Assembly (NCBI GenBank): GCA_977862235.1
Contig: OZ374560.1
Span: forward strand, 310,001-374,000
From: Dudresnaya verticillata
Lineage: Eukaryota
Length of the DNA stretch: 64,000 bases
Direction: 5' to 3'
Positions 50,960-62,971 of the stretch are shown piece by piece. The translations under genes were made by a program, and so were the position numbers. The notes below the pieces were generated by a model, which saw only the letters and a list, made by a program, of their open reading frames with translations, was not told the DNA's origin and ran no database searches. Every line of letters begins with the position of its first letter. Positions within the stretch are counted from its first letter, which is position 1.

Positions 50960-51657
50960 TGTGACGATCCGCGCTTGTAAAAAGTAAAGAGATTCGCAAG
51001 CTAACACTCCGCGAACGCAATCGCTCGCACAGGAAGAACGGCAACACCTCGGCGCGGCAAACGTGCGTCGTGCTCCCGAGGTTAGTTTACTGCCCGCCGC
51101 AATGGGACGGGGTTGTCAGCGGCCGGCCCACGGCCGTGCCACTCGGACTCGGGCATCGTGTCCCAGAGTCCTCTTTCACCTTTGGTTATGCTCCTATTCG
51201 GCGTAGTGACCTCCAGAGACCACCACAAGCTCGCAATACGCAACCCCACCCCTCAAGATCTCCAAGAAATAACGGAAGCCATCCACCTGATCCGAGCGGC
51301 CTGCCAAGAAGAATTCCCTCTCCCCCTCCCGCAGGAGCACTCCACATCGCCTGAATAGACCATAGCCCGAAAGTGTGCCTGCAAATGGGCCATAGCCGCC
51401 CGCGCAGGACCACTCTAAACAAAATACCAATAAATCAAACTTCACCACAGAACGTATTTGGTCGTGTTCTTCCGTTCTCCTCTTCCCCTCTTCTGACGGA
51501 CGGTCCCCGGGACTCCCCCTTGATCAAGAGCCTGTTGCATTGCCTTCCACCCTTGTGGCGCATGGGACAGGTTGTCCCTTTCACTTTACAGCACTGAGCA
51601 ACAGCTTACAGTATTCGTCCACACTGTTGACGAGGAGATGAGGTGCTGGGCGTCACA
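50960..51657 (-). mobile_element. Solo LTR family D, inverted relative to 48351-48819, containing a LINE fragment
   Basis: Reverse-complement match to 48351-48819; TSD cacg/caag. Confidence 0.85.
51228..51442 (+). mobile_element. 5'-truncated LINE 3' end inside the solo LTR
   Basis: Perfect 7-bp TSD caccaca (51221-51227, 51443-51449); A-rich tail; absent from the sister LTR. Confidence 0.85.
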
Positions 51658-51889
51658 CAAGTTATGTTTTACGGAGGGATCTAAATATTATCCTAGTGGA
51701 ATCTCTACTGCCGACCCAGCCTCGTTGGGGAGATTGCTCAATGGGAGGTTGCGTGACTGTCCAACTAGCGTAGGAGACTGCGCTGCAGAGCCAGTATTCA
51801 AAGTACGGAGCTGCGAACAACCATTTCGTTGGAGGCTCCGAGCAATGATGCCATTTTTGATGCAATCCACATCGTGGTGTTGTTATGTG

Positions 51890-52080
51890 ATGATTGTTTA
51901 GAGTGGTCCTACGCCGAAACCTGAGGTCCATTTGTAGGCGCACTTAGGAGATCAACTAGGACTGGAATATTTCACTACACAGAGTGTCTGGCGCTATGGC
52001 CTGATGGAGCAGTTTGGGGCGGTAGGGAACGGGATGGCGATGGGTGTTCCTGAGCACAAAGGCTGCGTATTTCGTTGAGC
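51890..52080 (-). mobile_element. Short LINE 3' end fragment
   Basis: gtttagagtggtcctacg...ccatttgtaggc matches the family 3' motif; 5' boundary approximate. Confidence 0.55.
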
Positions 52081-52757
52081 GCCAAGGAGATCTCCGTGAG
52101 GGCATCGTGTTCTACGGCAGTTGTCATTGACTAAGTACTGTGCAAACAGGTGTCGCCGCTCAGCTGTGTCTTCCGACTCTGACGCTCAGCTTCAGCATGC
52201 ATCATCTTGGAATCGCAATAAGGAAGTACATAAAGGAACACCGAAGTTTTTGTGCTGCACATCTTTCCGATTCTGCATGTGACACACTGTTAACCGATTG
52301 CCGGAAGGAGAGTCGCTTTGCGATCAAGAGCAAGGTACGCAACCCCAGAGCAGTCATCCACGAAATCAACAGTTACTCAGCTGCGGGAATCACTCATGCG
52401 CCTTGCGCTCTGTGATTGCAAAGAAGCCGGGCTTTTCGAAAGCTGCCAATGTAATGATGCGATTAGGCATGATGCCCATCTGATGAAGGTTGCGCTTGCC
52501 ATGCTTGACAGATGCTAGAAATGTCATGTCCAGCATCTGAACAACCATTCTAATAATAATACCTCCGTTGAAGCTCAGCATATGGTGCAGACGCATCGTG
52601 TATTGCATGTGTTATTCAAGGGACAGAGCTGAGGGTTATAAACAGACAATCTTGCGGCGAAGTGAATCTTCGGCACTGGCCTGCACAAGTCCTGTAACAG
52701 GCAGATAGAACATTTGCAGGGTATCCCAATGGCCGATGAATACATTGTGTCGTTGAA

Positions 52758-53072
52758 TTCTATTTCTTGTTGAACGTGGTCTTGCGTGGACGACTTCGGC
52801 CCATTTGCTGGCACACGGTCTTTTGGAGGGCGGGGAGTGGTGCAATACAGAATGGAGATGTGGTGGTGGGTGGGCAGGTCTGCTGGGAGGCATGTGATGA
52901 GGGGCTGTCTTCGAGGCATATACGGCCCATGGCTCGCAGGGCGTCGCAGACGCGGGCGGCGGATGGATCGGGGTCTTGGAGTGACAGAAGTGACAGTATC
53001 TGTGCGTGTGGTCGCAGCATGAGGCGGCCAGCTGGTCAGCTGGGTGGGATCGGGAAAGTCCCTAGATGCCAG
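52758..53072 (-). mobile_element. 5'-truncated LINE 3' end
   Basis: Closely matches 49439-49763. Confidence 0.75.
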
Positions 53073-53211
53073 GGTGTGGCTTGCGTCCTGTCTTGATGCT
53101 CCGGGAGATGCAGAGCCAGCGGCAACCGGTGATGGCTGTAAACCGGGGCAGTCCTTATTCCTGATAGCGCCGCCATCGTCCACTCTCTGATTGCGGGTAT
53201 TGTGGGTGATG

Positions 53212-53900
53212 TTGTTCTTTAATTGTTGTTTATAGTGGTCCTACGCGGGCAGATTAGGCCCATGTGCAGGCGAACTTGAGGGTCCGCAAAAAAAGGGGGG
53301 GCTCGTGGACTTATGTATATATGTCTTGTTGCGTGCTATGGGACTATGGGCTATCTTTCACGAGGGCACAGTATGGCGGTGGGGGAAGGGGGGTGGATGA
53401 TCTTGTGCGCATAGTCGGCGGATTTTGGCAATGGCGGTGGAGATAGCGGTAAGGTCTGAGGGGCTGTTCGCGGGGTGTGACAATTTTTGAAGGACTGCGG
53501 CTTGTTCACGAAGTTCTGAACGTGTGACTGCGCAAGAGGGTGGAATTGGGAAGGTGCCAAGATGCCACCGAACCGCAAGCTTACGGTCGCGGTGGTTAGA
53601 AAGACTGAGCGCGGGGGGTAGGGACGATGTATTTTGGACCGGCGCAGACCGCCGGCCTGCGACGGCCGAGTTCCATGCGGCAAGGATCCGCGCCTGGATG
53701 ACAGGATGTGGCGTGGGTGTTAGGGTTTGTTCCATCTCCGGAAGACTCCGTAAGGCACGCATAGTTTCCTTGGCATGCCACGCTGATGGAAGATGGCTTC
53801 TGGAGAGTTTGGAGAGTGCAGTGATCCACTTGGTTTGTATTGCTGCTTGTCTGAGCAACGGGGGAGAGGAATCTGAACAATGCTCGGAGTGACGTACCTT
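53212..53900 (-). mobile_element. 5'-truncated LINE fragment (C-terminal ORF part)
   Basis: DRKLAVRWHLGTFPIP, homologous to 59555-59869; family 3' motif and tail. Confidence 0.75.
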
Positions 53901-54712
53901 GGCGTAGACTATCTTGGATGCCTGGATTCCGGAAGGTTGATAGCACCGAAAGTTTCCGACGTTCCTGCCATGAGGCTAGGATGTTCTGCTGCTGGGTCAA
54001 GCAGCGCAGGCTCTGAAGGAGTTAGTGTTGTAGGGATCATTGTCGCAGAGTTGAGGGGTCTAGTCTGTACAGGGCTTGTAGTTTGCGTAAGCAAGGTGGG
54101 CAAATCAGTGATGATGCTTGGGAGATGCACAGGTGGAGGAGTCGAGCTTGTCAAGAGTGTGTGGCTGTGTACCCCTTCCTTTACAGAGCTGTCCAGTGCT
54201 AGCATGTTGTGCCAGTATCCTTCACTCAATCCAGAAACCCCCGGTAGTTGCACGGCAACTGGGAAAGAACCACGCATTTTTCCAAGCAACATTACACCCA
54301 CGACGTTCCAGGAAAAGGCAACAATCCGACTGGATTTCTCTTGTTGGGTTTGAAACGTTGCTATCTCAGTGAGGCATTGTCTCTGTGGAACGCCCTTTTT
54401 GAGGATGCCATAGTGGGGGTCATGTCATAGTAGGGGTAAAGATGCAACATGAAGCTGATCTCGTACTCAGTGAACAATCTTCCGCACGTGAAGATCTGAA
54501 ACATGAGAGTACAATAGTGAAATGCATAACGACAAGACAAGAAGATGAGGAACTTAGGTGATCAGTTGCATTTTTTTAAGATGAGACCAAATTCCAATTC
54601 AACGTTCGAACGGACAGGACTTGTTCCTCCTTCACGCCTCATCTAAAGCCACGCAACGGCAACTGGCACATGTGGTGGCAGTTGTTCACATGTATGCTAG
54701 ACATCAGCATCT

Positions 54713-56626
54713 CTAGCCACCAAGCTTGCGCTCCATGGCTTCCTCGACCGGGGTGAAACCACCCGGACCACCTCCCGCCACCAAGACCTCCTCCACACGC
54801 ACCGCCTCCTGTCGGGGGGCTGTAACCCGAGCCTGTCCACGGTCGGCATCAGTGGCGATGTTCTCTGGCTTCGAGGTCCCCCCCTCTACCACGGCAGCGG
54901 CCTGCGCCCTTTGGCTGCGACGACGAGAAGCTGCTATATTGGTCTTCCGAGCAAAGTTGAGGACGGCCACTTCCTCACACTCCCGAAGCTGACAGCCATA
55001 GGATCTACGCGGGCGTTTCGGAGTCGAGGCCTCGACCATGCGGGCGCTGTTCTTCTTCTGAATGATAGCGTTCACACCCGTGATGGTGGGGAATGCACTC
55101 GCAAGAACGCGCTTGGCTGTACTTTTGAAACGCACACAACCTCGCTTCAGGCAACGCTTGAAGCGCTGCTTGACAGGGAATGTCTTATCTGTGCGCTGGA
55201 AAGTCATCGCGCAATACGGGATGTTCTTTCCAGATTTCGGACCCTCCACACCCGACTCGATGTCCTTGTCATTGGCACCATCCACCGATATCTCCCTAAC
55301 CGATGGTCCAGGGAGCACGCCCGGCTTGTATGCGGTCGGCGCCACGTCCTGCATCATCGGGACGTCATTCTTGGGCTTGGCAGGCGCACTCACTTTGGAC
55401 GAGCCCCCATTGACTGAAGTCACCGGGGACTGAGTCGCGCTTGCAGCATCGCTCGCGTTGCGAGCAGGTCCATTGGGCGACTTAGCCGCAAGCTTAGCGT
55501 CGCTCTCGTTGACACGAGTAAGTCTACCCTTCTCGGTCTCCTTCTCTCCGGCCTCGCGCATCGCGACTATTGGGCGCATCGGGCTTCCACGAGACGTCGA
55601 GGCTTTCTTCAGAGAGGCGCCACGGCGCCTGGCTCTCTTCTGACGACCTTCCGTCATCACAACATCCTTGATCGCAATCGCAGGAGAAGGCCCTCTCTTA
55701 CGGGAAATTCTCTTGGGCACGCCCGGCTTGCATGCGGTCGGCGCCACGTCCTGCATCGTCGGGACGTCATTCTTGAGCTTGGAAGGCGCACTCACTTTGG
55801 ACGAACCCCCATTGCCTGATGTCACCGGGGACTGAGTCGTGCTTCGAGCACTGCTCGTGTTGCGAACCGGCGCATTGGGCAACTTAGTCGCAAGCTTAGC
55901 ATCACTCTCGTCGACGCGAGTAAGTCTTCCCTTCCCGGTGTCCTTCTCACCGGCCTCGCGAATCGCGACTGTTGGGCGCATCAGGCTTCCACGAGCCTGT
56001 GAGGCTTCCTTCAAAGAGGCGCCACGGCGCCTGGCTCTCTTCTGACGACCTTCCGTCATCACAACATCCTTGACCGCAATCGCAGGGGAGGGCCCTCCCT
56101 TAGGGGAAATTCTCTTGCGCTGAGCTGCGTTGCCACGGCGCGGCTTGATGATACCTGCACGACGCAATTGACTGGCGGTCGGCTTGATGTAGAGTTCATC
56201 GAACCCCGAGACAGGAGTGCCAGGCTCTGTATACACAAAAGTGTGCAAAAAAGGACGTGCGGCTTCTGTAGCCCGGTTAGAGACTCGCGCGCCCTTTCCA
56301 CGAGCCTTGGGGGCAGACGCATTCTTCTTGTTAGCACGGGCCTTGCCGCGAGTAGCGTTGGGGGCGTGTGGAGTATCGAAATCCCAACGCTCGGCATCGA
56401 GGTTGTGCTCCTGGACATCTCCGTCTTCATACTGGACGAGGAAGCAGTGCGGGCCGCGAAGCGTCGGGGCCCGGGCGGTGAGCTTGCCACGGAAGTTCTT
56501 CTTCTCGGAGGACCAGAAGATGGAAATAAAGTCCCCCAGGGCCGGCACGCGAGCCTTCGGCGCGTAGGCGGGCCCCCGCTTGGAGGCGGGGACCGCCGAG
56601 CGCGACGAGCGCTTTGGCGGAATCAT
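54713..56626 (-). CDS. Tudor-like domain protein (637 aa) with an internal 134-aa duplication
   Basis: LGDFISIFWSSEKKNFRGKL...FLVQYEDGDVQEHNLDAERWDF fits a PDS5/MSH6-type Tudor pattern; long intact ORF. Confidence 0.8.
   Translation of the reverse strand: MIPPKRSSRSAVPASKRGPAYAPKARVPALGDFISIFWSSEKKNFRGKLTARAPTLRGPHCFLVQYEDGDVQEHNLDAERWDFDTPHAPNATRGKARANKKNASAPKARGKGARVSNRATEAARPFLHTFVYTEPGTPVSGFDELYIKPTASQLRRAGIIKPRRGNAAQRKRISPKGGPSPAIAVKDVVMTEGRQKRARRRGASLKEASQARGSLMRPTVAIREAGEKDTGKGRLTRVDESDAKLATKLPNAPVRNTSSARSTTQSPVTSGNGGSSKVSAPSKLKNDVPTMQDVAPTACKPGVPKRISRKRGPSPAIAIKDVVMTEGRQKRARRRGASLKKASTSRGSPMRPIVAMREAGEKETEKGRLTRVNESDAKLAAKSPNGPARNASDAASATQSPVTSVNGGSSKVSAPAKPKNDVPMMQDVAPTAYKPGVLPGPSVREISVDGANDKDIESGVEGPKSGKNIPYCAMTFQRTDKTFPVKQRFKRCLKRGCVRFKSTAKRVLASAFPTITGVNAIIQKKNSARMVEASTPKRPRRSYGCQLRECEEVAVLNFARKTNIAASRRRSQRAQAAAVVEGGTSKPENIATDADRGQARVTAPRQEAVRVEEVLVAGGGPGGFTPVEEAMERKLGG
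55315..56116. repeat. 402-bp in-frame tandem duplication
   Basis: Two diverged copies, KRISPKGG...KPGVP and KRISRKRG...KPGVL. Confidence 0.95.
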
Positions 56627-57103
56627 GACGTGAGACGGTTAGTAGGCACAAGGTCGTTCGGCGGGGGGCGGGTTAGTGGGGGAAGGGTCGGATGGAAGGA
56701 GGGGCGGTGGGGATCGGGGGGCGGGTGGAGGGTGGGCGACTGTCGGGGCGCGGGGTCTTTTGGCGCTCAAGAGCGGAACAGACGACCGTCTCGACGGCGT
56801 CGACGGCGGGCGGCGGCGGTGTGACTGTCTTGTCAGCCGTTTGGAATTTTGAATTGGCACTCAGCGAGCGGTGCATTGCGATAATGTTTTGAAGATATTT
56901 TTGAGTGGGTTCGCGCGCCATGTCACGATTGCCGATGCTGACAAATGACACGTCTTGACTTCTCCATTGCTCAGCAATTACACTTTGGCGCTTGCAATTG
57001 CTGCAGCTCTCCGACAGAGGCTTTCAAAATGCTATGCCGAGCGCATTGTGTCAAGCCGTCTTTAGAAGTTAGTTTTGCAAGACGCCGCGACGCGGCTTGA
57101 CAC

Positions 57104-57145
57104 CAACCGAATAACTACAAACTCAACCGAATAACTACAAACTCA
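57104..57145. repeat. 20-bp tandem duplication
   Basis: caaccgaataactacaaact, two copies. Confidence 0.9.
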
Positions 57146-58837
57146 CCTTTGTAATTGCGCCAGCTTTCTAGAAGCCTCTCAGAGCATTGTCAAATCGCGC
57201 ACATCCGCGGTCATTCTGCGACTGCCCGCTATGCCGCGCCCAGTTCAACCGGTGGAGGCGTGATTGTTTGACTGCAGAAGAGCAAGTCGAGTTCATATCT
57301 CAGCTGTGAGCTGCTGAGGGAGACGCTTTGATTCTCACGACAACTGTCCCAATAAAAAAACGGCATCTGTTCGGGTCTCATCCGCACCGTTTCCTCAGGC
57401 ATGCCACTCATTCCAGCTGTGCCACCCGGTCATCACAAGCACAAGAACACACAAGCATCGTGCGTGCAGCAATCACAGTTTCCATGCCGGCCAATCGTGT
57501 TGTGTTGCAACCGCAACTCACTCCAGCAGCGATAAGCTATTTGCAACTCTTCTCAGACCCTGTGCCTCCCCACATTTACCCTTCCAAATGATGAAACAGA
57601 CAAATTCCAACGCCCTGTAGAGAAGCATCACCTTTCCTTCGCTCCTCCCTGCTAGGGCCGGATCTTCTTCACCCTGCAGCTGCAATGCAGAAGTCAGAAG
57701 TTCCGAATCAGAACATATTCAACTTGAATACTCAGAATCCCTTAGGAAGCAACACGGACGTTTGGGCACTTGTTCTCACCAGCTTGATAACAAATTCACA
57801 TCGTCTGAAGCCTACTGGCATAAGCAGGTCAATTGCTGAGAGAGGAATTGCGAAACTGCGAAAAAGTTGGCGACACACACCACCTAGATGGAACCGTACC
57901 CGTTCCGCTTCCCTTGTGCTATCTCGTTTGAACGAGCCAGTTTTCTCCAGTGTCAACATCGTTCACCGCCATGTTGTCGACTCTTAATTCAAAAAGTTAG
58001 TCCCAGCAATTAGCGCAAATGTTCTATCCTACAACTACAAAACATGAAGTACGCAACTCGCACCCGAAAATGTAGACCATTAATCTGCTCAATGTTATCC
58101 AGCGAAGCCTCGGAAGTACCTCATTGGTACTGCACTTCAGAAGCGCGAAGTCCGATCTTACAGTGCTGTATCGAGATTTTCCGGTGCGCCCAGGCAATCG
58201 CACCAGCTATCAAACCTATGTGTCCATGTCTCATGCTAGGCCCCGAACAACGTCCAAATGAGTCTCGAAGATCCGATTCCGTGCGAGATGGCGTAACGAG
58301 GCAATCGGACAGGAATACGTTGCTAGAGCACGTTGAGTATTCCTTTCCTCGCTGTGTGTTGCACACTATGTATCGAAACCAATGCGAGCCGACCACCAGA
58401 CGAAGCATTAGGGATCGGTCTACGGGAGTACTCTGCCTTCTTGCAACCCGATCCCAGAAGCTGTCTGCCATGTTGTTTTCTCTAGCGCTGGTGGCAACAA
58501 GGCTCTTTCCGAGACCACAAGCTCCTGATGCTCAGTCGCACGGAACAGAAGAACAGGGGGAATCTCTACTTTACTAAAAGCATAATCAGCAGGTCCAAAG
58601 GAGCCTGCGAAGGACTAGGCCGTACTCGAAGAAGGTATTTTAAGAAGACGACGGTTAACGCTAACAGCAAGCTACTTCAGGACGAAACTGAAAAAGCGCG
58701 TGAGGGGGGAAAGTTTTTCGACCAAAGGGTTCGTGCTGTTGTATTTATTTGTTGATTAAGGTGATGGTAAACTTTTACTGGTTTTTTAAGGTGGTCTCAC
58801 GCGGGCGACAAGGCCCATTAGCGAGCGCACCGGAATT

Positions 58838-60850
58838 ATTTGTTGGTATTTATTTGTTGTTCAAGGTGCTCCAGCGCGGGCAACTTGGGAGTAAACGCCA
58901 CTTTACGAAAGTATGAAGCTAGAGCATCCCTACTGGATACTCTCAAGCACTACATATGAGGCCAATCTGCAGGAGTCAAGCGGCGACGATTGACGCTGAC
59001 GGCGACAAACAGCGCAACAAACGAGACAAGACGGTTCAAGAGGGCATGTTTCTCAGCAAGCGGGCAAGTGCCTTTCTTTTCGGCAAGAAAGTTGGCGAAG
59101 ACTTGAGCACCGATGTCGAAGCCTGCACCGGTGCGCCCATATATATCAATGACCATCGGGTGCAACTCGATGTCATATTGATCACAAACAGCGCGGTAAT
59201 AGTTACGATTCGCCCTCTCGCGGGCAAGGATGGTCTGACCAGCGACGCGACCGGTTCTGCCCGGCAATGAATGAGGACTCACGACAGAGACCTCCAACGC
59301 TTGTGCTTTAGGGGCAAAGCTGCGATCGTCCACGTAGATGTCTAGGCGAAGCGGGTCGCGGGTGGGGTCAGAGGGATCGACAAAGGGCTCTACAAGCCGA
59401 AGTTGGACACCATGATGAAGCGCAACAGTACGAATATGAGCAGTGAGTTTGTCCCGAAGGCAACTTGAAGGCAATTTGGGCCCCTATGCCGGCGCACCGC
59501 TAACGAGGTCCTTACTGGGGTCCTGGCGACAGTACTGTAGCAGGGAGAGAGGATCTATTGTGGGGTCCCGCCAGTATGGGAGGTGGGAAAGTCACTTGCA
59601 CAGAGGGTCCTGCTCGCACAAATTGCACGCGAGATGGTTACAAGGGTCTGCGGGGAGGGGTGTGGCCTGGAGAGGTCGTGGAGTGCGCGTGAGCTTTTGC
59701 GCACTAAATCGCGGGCGGACAGGCAGCGTGGCGGGATGGGAAATGTTCCCAGGTGCCAGCGGATGGCGAGTTTCCTGTCCTTGTGGTGACTGAGCAGGAG
59801 TGCGGGGGCAAAACGTGAGGTGATGGGTAGACCGGGGCCGGGCGGCACCCCGAGAGGACAGTCTGCCATTCTCCGAGAAGAGCAGCGAAGAGAGCTTTGG
59901 GCGATAAAGGGAAGCAGGCTGCCTTATACAGTGGGGCGTTTGGGAGGTTTCGGAGTGCAGCGACGGTTTGTTGAGCATGCCAGCCGCCGTTTGCATCGGT
60001 TCGGCTCTGATTCTTGGGCAGGCTTGCAACAAATTTGTACTTGAGAGATTCTTGGCGGGTCGGTGGGGAATCGATACGAAAAAGTGCGGGCAGTTTCCGC
60101 AGGCTGTTCTTTGACAGTCGCATTGCGTCTTGAGAGATGGCAATTCGGAAAAGGAGAAGTCTAACTCATCCAGGGAGGAGAGGAGCGTGGCGTTGTAGGG
60201 GACAAGGGTGCAGCCGTGTTCGACCGTGGTCCGAAGGAATGTCTTGTAAATGAAGCGTAATGCGTTTGCGGGCATTTCAGAGGTGAGGAAGCCCATAGAG
60301 ACTAGCATGCCCAGGGTCTTCTTTGCCACAGCGATTCGCTTCAGAGTCGTCGAGGGGAGAGCGCCAGTAGAGGAAATATCCACTCCTAGATATACTATAG
60401 ACTCGCGGACTGGGATTTGCTCTCCATTGAGGTAGAAAGCCGCAGAGCTCGAGCGACAGCGATGTGTGTTGGGGAGGATGACGGCACCCTTGTTGCTTGC
60501 CCAGAGCATATCATAGCGGCCGGCCAAGTTTTCGCAGATTTAGAGTGCTTTGCGGACCTCCGCAGTTGAGCGGACGTGCAAAAGGCAGTCATCCGCAAAC
60601 AATTTTCACGGGAGGGTATTCTGGGATCTTTGGAGCTCTTCGCAAAGTGAGTACGCGAGTGTATCGATGAATAGGTTGAACAGAACAGGGCTCAACGGTG
60701 AGCCCTGCACGACACCTCGATGAATGGGTGCTTTGAATCTCGTGGCATCTCCTACAGTTTGCACAGAAAGGGTCCCCATCGGTGCCCTTACCATTGCGTT
60801 CGTGCCTTCGTAGAGGAAATAAAGTTGGCAATAGAAAAACACTCTGATTT
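58838..60850 (-). mobile_element. 5'-truncated LINE with degenerate RT, interrupted in its 3' UTR by an RLE fragment
   Basis: RGVVQGSPLSPVLFNLFID, LFADD, YLGVDI, YKTFLRTTVEHG, WHLGTFPIP; frameshifts; tail at about 58838-58862. Confidence 0.88.
58890..59469 (-). mobile_element. 5'-truncated RLE-type (CRE/NeSL-like) non-LTR element: PD-(D/E)xK restriction-like endonuclease domain
   Basis: LRLDIYV...ALEVSVVSP...RERANRNYY...HPMVIDIYG; flanked by ggcaacttggg (58879-58889) and ggcaatttggg (59470-59480). Confidence 0.7.
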
Positions 60851-62104
60851 ATCAGACCAGGGACCTGGAACACATTGTTTGTCCTCGTTCTTCGCCTCGC
60901 ACCCATCATGCGAATCAATCTCGCGAGATGGACAAGGTCCGACATTATCGGCCGCTGTGCGAAGCGAAGCTTTTCGAACTACATCCGATGGTTATGTGCA
61001 TATATGGCGCCATTGGCACAGTTCGATAGCGATACACAACGCATTGCGATTTCCTGGCTGAGAAGAAGGGTACTGCTACGTCTAGTGAGAAGGACTCCCT
61101 TCTCACACGTCTTACCTCGTTATTGTCACAGTGCGCCGTGGTCGCAGATAACAGGCGTAAGCTTGTTAACCGCGGTGTTAGAAAAAGTACAGTTCCCTCA
61201 AAGGGCTTACTCTCTGTCAACTTTGCGAATAAAGAGATGCTCGCTTGTCCTCATGATTTCATCCGACCAACGCATTGAGATCTCTGTCATTTTCAGTGAG
61301 TCTGCAGCACCCGGAAGCCATTACGATGCTTTTTATCGCCTGTGCAAGCAGAAATCATTTACGGTCACCGCTTTCCTTCCCGGTTCCACCTCTCCATCTT
61401 TCCTTCCGCGCCGCCCTTCCCTTCCGGGCGTGCTACTCTCTGCGCCTACATTACCGCACCAGAATCCTACTCTCCACTTTGTCGATGAAACTCCGGTCGC
61501 AAAATAAGGTATTGAGTGCTGGTGATCACCTCTGCCTTACTACACTCCCTCTTGGCCGCATGCCCTGTGACGCACAGCCCTAATGTGGCCCCTAGGCGCC
61601 CTCCTCAGGCTCCATGGGTACTGTGCTACTCTTGAGTCAGCAATTTTGATCCTTTGCGATTGCTAAAGGGCCCTTTCTTCCCGCCTATCTCCACCTAGTC
61701 CCGGTCATGAAGGACATTTAGGAAAGGATTGCCTCCGGATTGAGTGCCCTTGTAGAGACAAGCTGTTGTTGAACACTCCTTTGGCTGCCACAATCTCATG
61801 CATCCATGCTAGTCACGAACTATTGACAACTGCGAAACCCAAGTCCGTCTGATGTTTTCTTCCAAGGTATTGAAGCCCCGTAGCTACTATTCCGTCGAGG
61901 ATCAAGAGAGACACGGGCTCGGGTATCAACGGGCTAAGGCAACTCAAATTAGCTCTCCCAATAAGCTCGTTTCACTACTTGTCAACAGCGATGTCCAAGA
62001 CAGGCATTCAAGGAAGGTTTCTTCTATACATCCATCCACCAAGCTCCGCCACACGCACACCCAGTGCCGGAAGAGAAAAACTCAAGTTGGGGAAGAAGAA
62101 GACA

Positions 62105-62971
62105 CTACTGTTCTTTCGAAATGCCTTGTACGTTTCCTGAGTGAAATTCCACGTTCAAGCAAGTTGGTGACTGAGTTTTCACTCTCTTCGCTCTTCTCTC
62201 CGTAACCACCCCATCAAACGTTCTAGATCGCTCTTCAGCTTCTATGTCCAGAAGCGAAATTGACGGAAACCCAGTCAAATGCCCAGCTTCAGATTCCTGG
62301 TGCTCGACACCCGGCCTAAATGGGTCTCTGCGACTGAGACCATTACGTTCCATGCGTGGTGACCTTTCCGGCATGCAGTGTCGTTTGAACGCTTGCTTGG
62401 AGCGTTGCTTGGGTGGAAACGTACAATCAGCAGGCTCCCACATCAGTTCATCTGACGATAGCCAAGGCAGTCTCTTCTCCACTTGTTCGGCACGAGGGCG
62501 CTTACGGCCCTTAGAGAAGGAAGACGGGGTCGTCAGAGGTGTGGAGCGTTGTGTAGCTGACAAGCGCTTGTCGCTGTTGTTGTTGACCTGCGCAGCTCCA
62601 ACATCTTGTCGAATTGTATTCGGTAGCGCCAAACGGCGCTTCACAGGTTTCGCACCAGGATGAGTATCTATCTGAGTCTCTTGAAGCTGGGTCTCCTGGA
62701 GCGCGTCCAAATCCGCCCTTTGTTTGTCAGCATGTAAAGTTTCGGAAACTGCATAGCTCCAAAACTCTTCATCCAGGTTGTGTTCCTGAGCATCTCCATC
62801 GTCATACCTAACTAAAAACCAGCCCGGCGCAGCAGTCTTAACACGACGAGTAATGGTGCCACGGTAGTGGCGCTCGTTCCCGTCCCACCACACATCGACG
62901 CGGTCGCCGACTTGGGGTAGTCTCGGGGGTGGGGCGCGTAGGCATCGCGACGCGCGACGCGGTGGTATCAT
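62105..62971 (-). CDS. Tudor-like domain protein (288 aa), paralogue of 54713-56626
   Basis: Start MIPPRR matches MIPPKR; VGDRVDVWWDGNERHYRGTI...FLVRYDDGDAQEHNLDEEFW. Confidence 0.78.
   Translation of the reverse strand: MIPPRRASRCLRAPPPRLPQVGDRVDVWWDGNERHYRGTITRRVKTAAPGWFLVRYDDGDAQEHNLDEEFWSYAVSETLHADKQRADLDALQETQLQETQIDTHPGAKPVKRRLALPNTIRQDVGAAQVNNNSDKRLSATQRSTPLTTPSSFSKGRKRPRAEQVEKRLPWLSSDELMWEPADCTFPPKQRSKQAFKRHCMPERSPRMERNGLSRRDPFRPGVEHQESEAGHLTGFPSISLLDIEAEERSRTFDGVVTERRAKRVKTQSPTCLNVEFHSGNVQGISKEQ

Noticed and set aside
48351..51657. Composite DNA transposon with long terminal inverted repeats
   Set aside because: Each arm has TG..CA ends and its own 4-bp TSD, so these are two independent solo LTRs
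50100..52520. Possible F-box/LRR or BTB pseudogene fragments between the repeats
   Set aside because: Only vague compositional hints; no motif I can support
53880..53915. Plus-strand TYLGVD as a twin-priming inversion of the LINE
   Set aside because: The following residues do not match the LINE, and minus-strand homology runs through this site
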